Shown one piece after another: positions 30,352 through 39,249 of a stretch of 64,000 nt of DNA. The stretch spans positions 62,001 to 126,000 of IMG/VR virus record IMGVR_UViG_3300002835_000007; one strand, 5' to 3'. The notes under the pieces were generated by a model. The model was not told where the DNA came from. It did not search any database and worked only from the letters and a program-made list of their open reading frames with translations. The position numbers and the translations under genes were made by a program. Each line of letters starts with the position of its first letter. Within the stretch, counting starts at the first letter, position 1.

Positions 30352-30585
30352 ATGAAAAATATAGATAAAATAACACAAACGTTGGGTGGTTATCCAATAA
30401 AAGATTTAAGGTACAAAGAAAGAGATAATCTATATGTTGGATTGGTACAAGACCCTATTTGTGGTAAACCAAATTTACACAATGGTTATATTGTGGTTGT
30501 ATGGAGAAGAAATGGTAAAGTTGAACCACGTTATGGAAGTGGCAGAACTGATTTAGAAATTGATGTTAAATTAGCAAGGGAATGA
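30352..30585 (+). CDS. hypothetical protein
   Basis: packed ORF. Confidence 0.65.
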   Translation: MKNIDKITQTLGGYPIKDLRYKERDNLYVGLVQDPICGKPNLHNGYIVVVWRRNGKVEPRYGSGRTDLEIDVKLARE

Positions 30586-30920
30586 AATTAGTACAATTTA
30601 TTTATAACGATAATGTTATAGCACAACAAAGTGCAGATATGGAATTAGATAGAGTTGAAGAAGTTAAATGGTTATTGGCAGACGCATATAAATGTTTGCC
30701 CGATGAAATTGAAACAAGGTATGTGGGGTTTAGTTCAATTCCTATTTTATCTAATTACGATGTGAGTAGCAAAGGTATTGAACCATTTAATAGTGGTTAC
30801 CCAAAACAAGCAGATGGTATACTTATGACATTGGATACTAGTGATGATGAATTTTTGGACGCAGTACAAGGAAAAAATATTGAAAGTTTTATTAATAAAC
30901 ATTTGCATTTCTCATTTTAA
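30582..30920 (+). CDS. hypothetical protein
   Basis: ATGA-coupled ORF. Confidence 0.7.
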   Translation: MKLVQFIYNDNVIAQQSADMELDRVEEVKWLLADAYKCLPDEIETRYVGFSSIPILSNYDVSSKGIEPFNSGYPKQADGILMTLDTSDDEFLDAVQGKNIESFINKHLHFSF

Positions 30921-30937
30921 TTGCATACATTTGTTAT

Positions 30938-31216
30938 ATGGAATTTTTAAACATAAAACACAATTCAACTGAATGGGATTACATATGGAACTTTGTTGCT
31001 AATCATCCAATCAATGAGAATATTGATGAACCAATGGTTGCATTGAATGGAGGTGAAGAGTGGCAATATATGGGTAGTTATAAACATAAGGATAAAATTA
31101 TCCACGAAGTTAGACATAGGTTGCACCCAAAAACAAATGGTGTGTATAAACTATCATTAAATGCTAGTGATACGTTTGATGACACTCAAATAGATGTGTT
31201 AGCACCTATCAAGTAA
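30938..31216 (+). CDS. hypothetical protein
   Basis: E.WQYMGS...H..RHR.HP. Confidence 0.7.
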   Translation: MEFLNIKHNSTEWDYIWNFVANHPINENIDEPMVALNGGEEWQYMGSYKHKDKIIHEVRHRLHPKTNGVYKLSLNASDTFDDTQIDVLAPIK

Positions 31217-31344
31217 TACCTTGTACAGAAATCTGTACTCGTGTGGTGTATGGGGGTGTGTGGTGTGTGTTGGGGTGATGAAAAAAAAGTTTAAAAAAAG
31301 TTTAAGAATTATTTGGAAGTTTAAAAAATAATTCATACATTTGT

Positions 31345-31635
31345 AATAAGAAAGAAAGTTTTTGGTAGGTATATGGTGTAGTGGATTAAGTTTCCGAGCA
31401 TAACCAAAAAAACATATATATAGTGAATAGTCTAACTATTAACTTATCGCAGATTGGGGAGTAATTACCTTGGTTGCCAATGAGTATGCGAGTGTGCTAT
31501 CTTGGGTGGGATAGCACCACTATATTATAAAGTATTATCGGTTGTGTGTTGTACCTTAAACACTCTCTTGTTTGTTTGTTGTTTATAGTTATGGCGTGAC
31601 TATTCATATGAGTAGTCACACCCATAATTATTCAA
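31345..31635 (+). ncRNA. candidate structured ncRNA
   Basis: promoter at about 31312-31343, no credible ORF, several nested stems. Confidence 0.45.
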
Positions 31636-31711
31636 GGGACAAAAGTAATCATTATTTTTCACATAACAAAATAATTTTGTTATTTATATTCATTCTAAAT
31701 AATTTCATAAC

Positions 31712-31770
31712 GTTCGCATATGGGCGTGACGGAGTCTACTCTTCTACTCTTGTAGCACGTCCACCGACAA
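31712..31770 (-). ncRNA. dispersed sRNA-like element copy 6
   Basis: CUAC-AAGA-GUAG + core; promoter CTTG-N20-AATCTTTG. Confidence 0.6.
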
Positions 31771-31869
31771 TACAAAGATTGTAATAATATTTTTAAAAAA
31801 CAAGTAAAATAAATTTTTTTATTTAAAAAGTTTTTCTTATATTTGCAAAACAATCTAAATTAACAAGCA

Positions 31870-32337
31870 ATGAAGTATAAATTCAAAGAAGTATTAGTAT
31901 CAAGTTTAATTGTCTTTGGTTGCGTTTATTTATTGAAGACAACTACTATTACTACACACTATACGAAAGTGGCTACAATCAAGCCAAAAGCACCTAAAAA
32001 GAAAAAAGTTAAACATACCAAAGTAATGGTAACTATGTATAACGCAGTTGAAGGACAATGTGATAGTGACCCATACACGACAGCAAGTATGTTAAAAATT
32101 AATCCATTTAAAGCAAGTGAACAAAAGTTTATAGCAATGAGCAGAGATTTATTAAAACGTTGGGGTGGTAAGTTTGACTATAAGCAAAAAGTTAAATTGG
32201 TTGGTTGTGGTGATAAAGACGGAATTTATATTGTTGCCGATTGTATGAACGAAAGATTTACAAATAAAATAGACATACTTGAAACGATTGGCACACCTTT
32301 GTATAAATTTAAAAGTGCAAAAATATTTCCATTATAA
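31870..32337 (+). CDS. 3D-domain (Asp-Asp-Asp) cell-wall protein with N-terminal anchor
   Basis: VTMYNAVEGQCDSDPYTTAS, IAMSRDL, VADCM...KIDIL. Confidence 0.75.
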   Translation: MKYKFKEVLVSSLIVFGCVYLLKTTTITTHYTKVATIKPKAPKKKKVKHTKVMVTMYNAVEGQCDSDPYTTASMLKINPFKASEQKFIAMSRDLLKRWGGKFDYKQKVKLVGCGDKDGIYIVADCMNERFTNKIDILETIGTPLYKFKSAKIFPL

Positions 32338-32393
32338 TTTGGAATTGTCAAATGTAAGTATTATCTTTGTTAAAACAAATTAAATAAAACACA

Positions 32394-32669
32394 ATGGCAA
32401 ATTTTAAACCACAAGTAACGTATATGACAAGTGAAAGTCTACACGATTACAGAGTAGAAAGATATGGTGTAAGAACTGAATACACAACAAAGAAATTCAA
32501 TACTTATACTGAATTAAAGAAAGCATTAAAAGATTATATTTTGGATAATCATATTGGTGAAGACCCAGTTTTTGTTTCACGTAGCAGACGTGGTGAATGG
32601 GGAGAATGGTTTGAGAAGTGGGAAAAAATTAATGGTAAACCTAAAATAACTAAACAAGGGTGGCAGTAG
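32394..32669 (+). CDS. hypothetical protein
   Basis: VSRSRRGEWGEWFE.W. Confidence 0.7.
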   Translation: MANFKPQVTYMTSESLHDYRVERYGVRTEYTTKKFNTYTELKKALKDYILDNHIGEDPVFVSRSRRGEWGEWFEKWEKINGKPKITKQGWQ

Positions 32670-32690
32670 TGTCACCTTTTTTTTATGGTT

Positions 32691-32761
32691 GGTTGCCGTT
32701 CACGTATAGACGTGTCGGAGTCTACTCTTCTACTCTCGCAGCACGTACCTTAATTGTACAA
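32691..32761 (-). ncRNA. dispersed sRNA-like element copy 7
   Basis: CUGC-GAGA-GUAG + core + CACGU-CUAU-ACGUG. Confidence 0.65.
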
Positions 32762-32898
32762 TACAAAGATTGCAATAATATTTGACATATGCAAGCAAAA
32801 AGTGAAAATAATTTTATTTTTATTTTATTACAAAATAGTTGCAGAATTAAAAATAATGTTTATCTTTGTAGGGTATTAATCAATTAAAATAAAACACA

Positions 32899-33558
32899 AT
32901 GGAAAAGTTTGAACAATTAACAAGTTTACAACAAGGTTTAGTAAATAGTTTAATTAGTGAGTTTACAAGGATAAACCCTAAACCAACTAATGGGACATCA
33001 CGTTTTAGTTTTGATACTATTAATGAGTGTCTAAAAGAAGAAGACAGATTCAAAGAAACTATTGCGAAACACAATCTTACAATGATGAAAGTTTTTGTGA
33101 CGCAATTTAAGAGTGACATTAAAGAGTTTGAAAAAGAATTTGGTAAAGTGGTAAATGTTGAGTTGGGGTATAGATACCCTAATAGTGAGCAAGACCAACA
33201 CACGTTGGATAAAATGTTGGAACGAACAAAAGAACAACCATTGGGTGAACATAAAGGTTGGGAAACCCAATTATTTTTTGTCAGCAAAACAAAAAAATAT
33301 AGTAGTGGTGATAGTCGCTTTGATTATTTTAACAACAAACAATACCACAAAATCTATGTTGATTTTAAACGTGAAATTGTTAAAGTAACACTTGAAAGTG
33401 GTAAAGTAGTGCAAGCATACAAAATTGTTGGTTTGACTTATAATACCAACGAATGGTTACATAGAGATAAAGAAAATTGTAAAACATTTATGACATTGGA
33501 CGAATTGATACAAAGTCATAAACCTACACAACAAAAACTTGTTGAGTTGGCACAATAA
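32899..33558 (+). CDS. hypothetical protein
   Basis: 219 aa; promoter shares about 43 identical bp with that of gene 18933. Confidence 0.75.
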   Translation: MEKFEQLTSLQQGLVNSLISEFTRINPKPTNGTSRFSFDTINECLKEEDRFKETIAKHNLTMMKVFVTQFKSDIKEFEKEFGKVVNVELGYRYPNSEQDQHTLDKMLERTKEQPLGEHKGWETQLFFVSKTKKYSSGDSRFDYFNNKQYHKIYVDFKREIVKVTLESGKVVQAYKIVGLTYNTNEWLHRDKENCKTFMTLDELIQSHKPTQQKLVELAQ

Positions 33559-33634
33559 AAATAATTACAAAAGATTTGGAATATTGAAAAGTATTCCTTA
33601 TCTTTGTTATATACTAATTAAAACAATATAAGTT

Positions 33635-33844
33635 ATGAAAATAGAAGTTTATACAATAGATTATCATGGACACGAAGAAAAGTGTATTATTGCTGATAAC
33701 TTTACGGGAAATGGTGGTGGAGATTGGCACTTGGTAACACTTGGTGGGAATAATGAAACCATATTTAATTGTAATACTTGGAATGAAATGCAAAAATTTA
33801 TTGTTAAGTTTAAAGGTGTTAAAAAAGAAGTAAAAATAAATTAA
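33635..33844 (+). CDS. hypothetical protein
   Basis: own promoter. Confidence 0.65.
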   Translation: MKIEVYTIDYHGHEEKCIIADNFTGNGGGDWHLVTLGGNNETIFNCNTWNEMQKFIVKFKGVKKEVKIN

Positions 33845-33917
33845 AAATAATCATTAAAAGATTAGGAATATTGAAATGTATTCCTTATCTTTGTTTCACA
33901 CTAAACAACTAGAAACT

Positions 33918-34079
33918 ATGGAAAAGGAAATTAAAAAAGTATGGGAAGAATTGATTAGTCTTTATGACATCGCAGACCAATTAGAAGACAATGGACAAGA
34001 CGCAGAAGAAGTTAGAATAAAACTAAATAATATTACTGATTTTTTTGTAAAAAACTTTGAAAAAGATTTGCATAAGTGA
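33918..34079 (+). CDS. hypothetical protein
   Basis: start moved to 33918. Confidence 0.6.
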   Translation: MEKEIKKVWEELISLYDIADQLEDNGQDAEEVRIKLNNITDFFVKNFEKDLHK

Positions 34080-34126
34080 AAACTTATGCTTATCTTTGTT
34101 TTATAAATCAATTAAAATAAAATAGT

Positions 34127-34342
34127 ATGGTAAAAGTTTATGTACAAATAACAGCATTTGATAAGAATAGTGCTGATAACATTGGTAGAAGTATTGTTGC
34201 TGATAACAAAGAAAGTTTTAACGAACAAGTTGAGGAATTTGAAAATGAAATACCTTTTACAAAGTTTTATGTTGAAATGGTTGCTGATGATGTTTTAACT
34301 GATGAACAATTAGAAATTGTTGAAGACCACGATGTAAATTAA
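34127..34342 (+). CDS. hypothetical protein
   Basis: own promoter. Confidence 0.65.
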   Translation: MVKVYVQITAFDKNSADNIGRSIVADNKESFNEQVEEFENEIPFTKFYVEMVADDVLTDEQLEIVEDHDVN

Positions 34343-34372
34343 TTTAAAAATATATCCTAAAAACAAAACATT

Positions 34373-34501
34373 ATGAGAACTTTATTTGTATCAACTGAAA
34401 CTTTTACTGATATGTTAGATGGGTTTATCAAATCGGGAGTAACCTTTGAGTCAGAAGAAAAGAATGGAGGTATATTAATTACTTTTACGGGAGGTTATTA
34501 A
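34373..34501 (+). CDS. hypothetical protein (42 aa, not in ORF track)
   Basis: MRTLF...GVTF...ITFTGGY; typical leader; followed by terminator. Confidence 0.55.
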   Translation: MRTLFVSTETFTDMLDGFIKSGVTFESEEKNGGILITFTGGY

Positions 34502-34532
34502 AAATTAAAGGGTATTACACCCTTTTTTTATT

Positions 34533-34606
34533 GGTTGCCGTTGTTCACGTATGGACGTGTTGGAGTCTACTCTTCTACTCTCGTAGCACGTCTGAATCAT
34601 TGACAT
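34533..34606 (-). ncRNA. dispersed sRNA-like element copy 8
   Basis: GACGUG-[CUAC-GAGA-GUAG]-AAGAGUAGACUCCAA-CACGUC. Confidence 0.65.
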
Positions 34607-34738
34607 AACAAATATCGGAATTATAAATCAATTATGCAAGAAAAAAGTAAAAATAATTTTATTTTTATTTTATATAAAATGTTGCACAATTAAAAAAGAA
34701 TGTTTATATTTGTACTATAATCATTAAAACAAAACATT

Positions 34739-35083
34739 ATGAGCAAGACATCAATTAGCAAAAAGTATTTAGAAGTGTTACCAAACGACAAAAACATTAC
34801 ACACTTAAAAGTTGAATTATACTATGATTTAGGTGGTATGAACTATTTTAGTGGTAGTGTTGAGGGTAGAGGTATAAAACTTTCAGTTAGCCCAGTACAA
34901 CGTAACAAAAATGAAGGTGGGGTTGTATGGGAAAGTTACACAGCATTTAGTGGGTTTAAAAAACTTGTAAAAGAAATGACAAGGTTTAATCAAAAAACTT
35001 GTAATACCTTTATTTTATCTGAAACGGAAGAAGAAGAAATCGTTAAAGTAGTATTGAATCATAATTGGTTAAAATTAAAATAA
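34739..35083 (+). CDS. conserved phage hypothetical protein
   Basis: LKVELYYDLGGMNYFSG..E.RG..LSVSPV. Confidence 0.75.
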   Translation: MSKTSISKKYLEVLPNDKNITHLKVELYYDLGGMNYFSGSVEGRGIKLSVSPVQRNKNEGGVVWESYTAFSGFKKLVKEMTRFNQKTCNTFILSETEEEEIVKVVLNHNWLKLK

Positions 35084-35158
35084 AAAAAGTTAAAAAAGGT
35101 TTGCATAATCAAAAGATTATGCTTATCTTTGTTTCATAATCATTAAAACATACACAAG

Positions 35159-35353
35159 ATGAAAATTTCGCAGTACAATTGGAGTTGGTGGTTCGTTTCC
35201 ACTTTGATAGTTATCCTTATCGGATTAATGGTAGGAATGGGTGGCAGAACACAAACCGAAGAGTTGGTTGCCAATACTATGATGATAGTTGGTATGGTAT
35301 CGTTTATCCCTTGCTTATATGTAGGGTGTAAACCAACACAAGAAAAAAATTAA
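35159..35353 (+). CDS. small two-TM membrane protein
   Basis: two hydrophobic helices; own promoter. Confidence 0.65.
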   Translation: MKISQYNWSWWFVSTLIVILIGLMVGMGGRTQTEELVANTMMIVGMVSFIPCLYVGCKPTQEKN

Positions 35354-35431
35354 AAAAAGTTAAAAAAGGTTTGGAATTGTAAAAACAATTCCTTACCTTT
35401 GATAAAAGAAATCAATTAAAAAACAAACATT

Positions 35432-35659
35432 ATGAAAAAAGAATTATTTATTTTGGCAGTATTAGGTATAGTAGGTCAAATTGTTTCACTAGTAGGTATA
35501 TTTTTCTATTCAGAAACCAATGACGCATTAATGATAAACTTATGGAGTTTTCTAACCTTTGGGTGTTTATCGGCTGTTGTGTTGTTTGTAGACAAGAAAC
35601 AAACTGAAAACAAGATGAAAGAAGAATTTAAAGATATAGAAGAATTAGAAGAAAATTAA
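35432..35659 (+). CDS. small two-TM membrane protein
   Basis: two hydrophobic helices; own promoter. Confidence 0.65.
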   Translation: MKKELFILAVLGIVGQIVSLVGIFFYSETNDALMINLWSFLTFGCLSAVVLFVDKKQTENKMKEEFKDIEELEEN

Positions 35660-35870
35660 AATATAGTAGGAAAGGGTTTATATGAGAGGAAAATACTCTG
35701 CTGAACCTCGTAGACTTGGTAACGATACATCATTGCATAATTAGTTCCCCTTTCCGTATTGTTTATCACTAATTATGCTTTGACAAACCTTTCATATTGT
35801 AAATGACTTAGAGGAATGTTTCGTTAGAGGTGTTGTTGGGAATAGGGTTTACCTATTCCCAATTCCTATT
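35660..35870 (+). ncRNA. candidate pseudoknotted ncRNA
   Basis: three 8-10 bp long-range helices plus terminal hairpin; no ORF. Confidence 0.4.
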
Positions 35871-35899
35871 TATACAACTTTGTTTTTTCATTTTTATTT

Positions 35900-35964
35900 T
35901 GTTCACGTATGGACGTGTTGGAGTCTACTCTTCTACTCTCGCAGCACGTACCTTAATCGTACAT
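35900..35964 (-). ncRNA. dispersed sRNA-like element copy 9
   Basis: CUGC-GAGA-GUAG + core; promoter GTTG...TATCTTTG. Confidence 0.65.
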
Positions 35965-36100
35965 AACAAAGATAGTAATAATATTGACTTGTGCAACAAA
36001 AAAAGTAAAAAAAAATAATTTATTTATTTTTCACAATATAGTAGGAAATTAAAAAAGAATGTTTATCTTTGTAAGGTATTAATCAATAAAACAAATTACA

Positions 36101-36721
36101 ATGGGTTACACAACTGATTTTAGTGGTAGATTTGAACTTAACAAGGAGTTAAGTCCAAAGATGGAACAATACTTAAAATTGTTCAACGAAACACGCAGAA
36201 TGGAAAGAAACACTGATGAAGTGTTTGGAGTACAAGGTGAGTTTTACGTATTTGGTGGTGGAAGTTTTGGACAAGACCACGAAGACAATGTAGTAGATTT
36301 TAATGAGCCACCAAGCACTCAACCAAGTCTTTGGAATCAATGGACACCTAGCGATGACCGAATGGGTATTGAGTGGGATTGTGGTGAGAAGTTTTATAAC
36401 TATACTGAATGGTTAGTTTATCTTATTCACAAAATTCTAGCACCGAATGGTTATGTCCTTAATGGAGTGGTAGAATATAGTGGTGAGGAAGTTGGTGATG
36501 TTGGTGAAATAGTTGTTGTTGATAATAGAGTATTTGTCAGAGAGAAATACCAAGATGGCGACAATGGGGAAAGTACACCACAAAACGCACAAAAGTTTGG
36601 CAGAGTTAATGGCAACTATGTTTATATCAAAGACTTTATGAGAACTGATGTAGTGTTGATTTTAGATGGTACTGATAACGAATTACCTAATGGGGTTGTA
36701 AAGTTATTAGAAAATAACTAA
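36101..36721 (+). CDS. conserved phage hypothetical protein
   Basis: MGYTTDFSGRF, QPSLWNQW, EKFY.Y.EWL.YLI, GY.LNG. Confidence 0.8.
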   Translation: MGYTTDFSGRFELNKELSPKMEQYLKLFNETRRMERNTDEVFGVQGEFYVFGGGSFGQDHEDNVVDFNEPPSTQPSLWNQWTPSDDRMGIEWDCGEKFYNYTEWLVYLIHKILAPNGYVLNGVVEYSGEEVGDVGEIVVVDNRVFVREKYQDGDNGESTPQNAQKFGRVNGNYVYIKDFMRTDVVLILDGTDNELPNGVVKLLENN

Positions 36722-37177
36722 AACATTTTAAAAAAAGATTTGGATAATCGAAAGATTATCCTTATCTTTGTTTCACAAACAAATTAAAACAAAAAGTTAT
36801 GTTAGGCAAAATCGTTTATTTAGGAATCTTATTAGGAGGATTAGCAGTAATCAAATTAGTGTGTAATTATTTAGATAAAAGAAATGAAATTTAAAGAAAT
36901 AACCTTAACCCAGCACGAAATGCAACAAGCATTAAAGAGTAGTGTTCACAAGTCTAAAAAAGCGTTTCAACGCAAAGATAAACATAAAAAGAATTATATT
37001 AACAAGTTAATGCAAGAGGATTATGTATGATAAAGAAATAATGTTGATTGAAATCTATTATGGGGTTTCAATCAACGCAAAAAACTAAATTGTGTTTGTT
37101 TAGTGTTTTGATTATAACGAGGAAGTGGTTGCCGAATGGTTGCCACTTTTTTTATGCAGTAACGCACACACGAAACA

Positions 37178-37230
37178 TATACACGCAACGGAGTCTACTC
37201 TTCTACTCTCGTAGCACGTCTTACTGACAT
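37178..37230 (-). ncRNA. dispersed sRNA-like element copy 10
   Basis: CUAC-GAGA-GUAG + core; promoter GTTG...TATCTTTG. Confidence 0.6.
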
Positions 37231-37367
37231 AACAAAGATAGAAATAATTTTGATATATCCAACACAAAAATGAAAATAATTTAAAAAAAATTAAATGCTA
37301 ATTATAGTATGTTGTGGCAACAAGATTCAATGCTTATATTTGTAGTATAACTTTAAAACAATATATT

Positions 37368-37607
37368 ATGGAATGCACATTAGAAAATTTAGAGAGAGTA
37401 TTTAAAATCATTATTGAGCAACACGCAGACAATAATGAACACGCAGAATTTGACGATGAAAGTGATTTAGTTGATGTAGTCAAAAGAGTAGTTGAATGGT
37501 TGGATGAAGAACCTACATTTTGTTGTCAAAATTGTGGTGGTGGGTTTACACGTGATGAAATGGTATTTGGTGATGATGTAGATTTATGTAAAGATTGTGC
37601 AAAATAA
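37368..37607 (+). CDS. zinc-ribbon protein
   Basis: CQNC...CKDC; start moved to 37368. Confidence 0.65.
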   Translation: MECTLENLERVFKIIIEQHADNNEHAEFDDESDLVDVVKRVVEWLDEEPTFCCQNCGGGFTRDEMVFGDDVDLCKDCAK

Positions 37608-37667
37608 ATTTGCATAATCAAAACATTATGCTTATCTTTGTTAAACAAACAATTTAAAACTTATATT

Positions 37668-37991
37668 ATGTCAAGCAAAAACTTAAACAAAGATTTAGAA
37701 CAATTAGAAAAACAAGTTTACCACTACTTTAATGAGTTGTTGGAGAAACAAGAAGAAATAGTAATCTTTGATGAATGTGATTTAGAACACGACACACCCG
37801 ATGATTACCTTGAAATGCGTAATGATATTACGGGAAACGTGTTTGATGTCCACCCACTAAAAGTAACCCAAAATGGAATACTTGTAGTTGAAGCAGACGG
37901 AAGTTTTGTAAGACACTTGATTAAGTTGCAAGATTTATCAAGCACACAAGACAAAATTACCCTAATAGAATTAATGGAAAATAGTTTGTAA
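37668..37991 (+). CDS. hypothetical protein, tandem paralog 1
   Basis: VIFDE.DLE.DTPD.YLE.R...TGNVFDVHPLKV shared with next gene. Confidence 0.75.
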   Translation: MSSKNLNKDLEQLEKQVYHYFNELLEKQEEIVIFDECDLEHDTPDDYLEMRNDITGNVFDVHPLKVTQNGILVVEADGSFVRHLIKLQDLSSTQDKITLIELMENSL

Positions 37992-38069
37992 AAAACTATA
38001 AAAAGATTTGGATAAGTGAAAACTTATCCATATCTTTGTTGTATAAATAAACAATTAAAATAAACTAAA

Positions 38070-38423
38070 ATGAGAATAAGTGCTTTAAAAAGAGATATAG
38101 ATGTTTTAAAAACACATATCCAAATGACATTCGAGGAAATGTTATATCAACAAAAAGAATTTGTTATCTTTGATGAAAAAGATTTAGAAAATGACACACC
38201 CGATAATTACCTAGAAATTAGAGATAAAGAAACGGGCAACGTATTTGATGTACACCCACTAAAAGTTCTTAAAGTTGGTAATTACTACGATATTGAAGTA
38301 GTAACGGCAGACGGAAAATTTACAAAACATTCAATTAAAATGTGGGATTTATCAATAGAGGATAGAATTAATTTAATTGAATTAATGGACAAATGTTTGG
38401 TAGATAATGATAACGAAATATAA
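38070..38423 (+). CDS. hypothetical protein, tandem paralog 2
   Basis: same motif as 37668-37991. Confidence 0.75.
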   Translation: MRISALKRDIDVLKTHIQMTFEEMLYQQKEFVIFDEKDLENDTPDNYLEIRDKETGNVFDVHPLKVLKVGNYYDIEVVTADGKFTKHSIKMWDLSIEDRINLIELMDKCLVDNDNEI

Positions 38424-38485
38424 ACAAATAAACTTGCATAAGTCAAAACTATTCACTATCTTTACGGAAACAAATAATTAATACT

Positions 38486-38869
38486 ATGTATACTTTAATC
38501 GACACAAAGAAAAACAAAGAACTTGCAACATTAAATTCTAAACAAGAATTGATTGACAAAGTTAATTTAATCGCTAATGACGATAAATTTAGAATCGCAC
38601 CAATCAACACTATTGAAGATTGTTTTGAGTATATCAATCAATATACATTGGACTATGATTTAGTCAAAGATAGTGAAGTTAATTCGTTTATCGAAACTTA
38701 TGGTATTGAAGTTGATGAAAATGAATCAGACCACTATGTTGAACTAATGATGGACGACCACAAATGTATAAAATGGAAAGGTAAAGAATATTATATAGGT
38801 GAAAATCTAAATTTAGATGAAGTCGAAGATAGTGTTTATATGATAATAGCATATTCACTACACGTATAA
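38486..38869 (+). CDS. hypothetical protein
   Basis: own promoter. Confidence 0.7.
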   Translation: MYTLIDTKKNKELATLNSKQELIDKVNLIANDDKFRIAPINTIEDCFEYINQYTLDYDLVKDSEVNSFIETYGIEVDENESDHYVELMMDDHKCIKWKGKEYYIGENLNLDEVEDSVYMIIAYSLHV

Positions 38870-38952
38870 AATAAATTAAAATAAATGGTACTATCGTTTG
38901 GTAGTACCATTTATATTTACTATCTTTACATAAACAAATAAACATAAACACA

Positions 38953-39249
38953 ATGAGAACAATTACTGAAAAAGCAATCGAAAAGTTTTTAAATGCTGAA
39001 ACTTTTAAAAATGGTAACACAAGTGTAGAAGTTTTGCCTAACGTAACAATACTAAAACTATTTGGCAACGCAATCGCTTATCAATACAACGACCCCGAAA
39101 GAACCTTATCAATTACTAATTGTGGGTATGAAACGGCAACAACAAAAGAAAGGTTAAATGGTTTACCTAACGTAAAAATAAATCAAACCAAAGGTAAATG
39201 GTTTCTGAATGATGTTGAATGGGACGGAAATTTAATTGATGTAAATTAA
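38953..39249 (+). CDS. conserved phage hypothetical protein
   Basis: NT.V...L.GN.IA...G..T.TTKERLNGL. Confidence 0.75.
   Translation: MRTITEKAIEKFLNAETFKNGNTSVEVLPNVTILKLFGNAIAYQYNDPERTLSITNCGYETATTKERLNGLPNVKINQTKGKWFLNDVEWDGNLIDVN

Noticed and set aside
34561-34592. Element as a hammerhead ribozyme or sarcin-ricin loop mimic
   Set aside because: No CUGANGA/GAAA core on either strand; the UACGAGAG match to the SRL is present in only two copies and follows from a GNRA loop.
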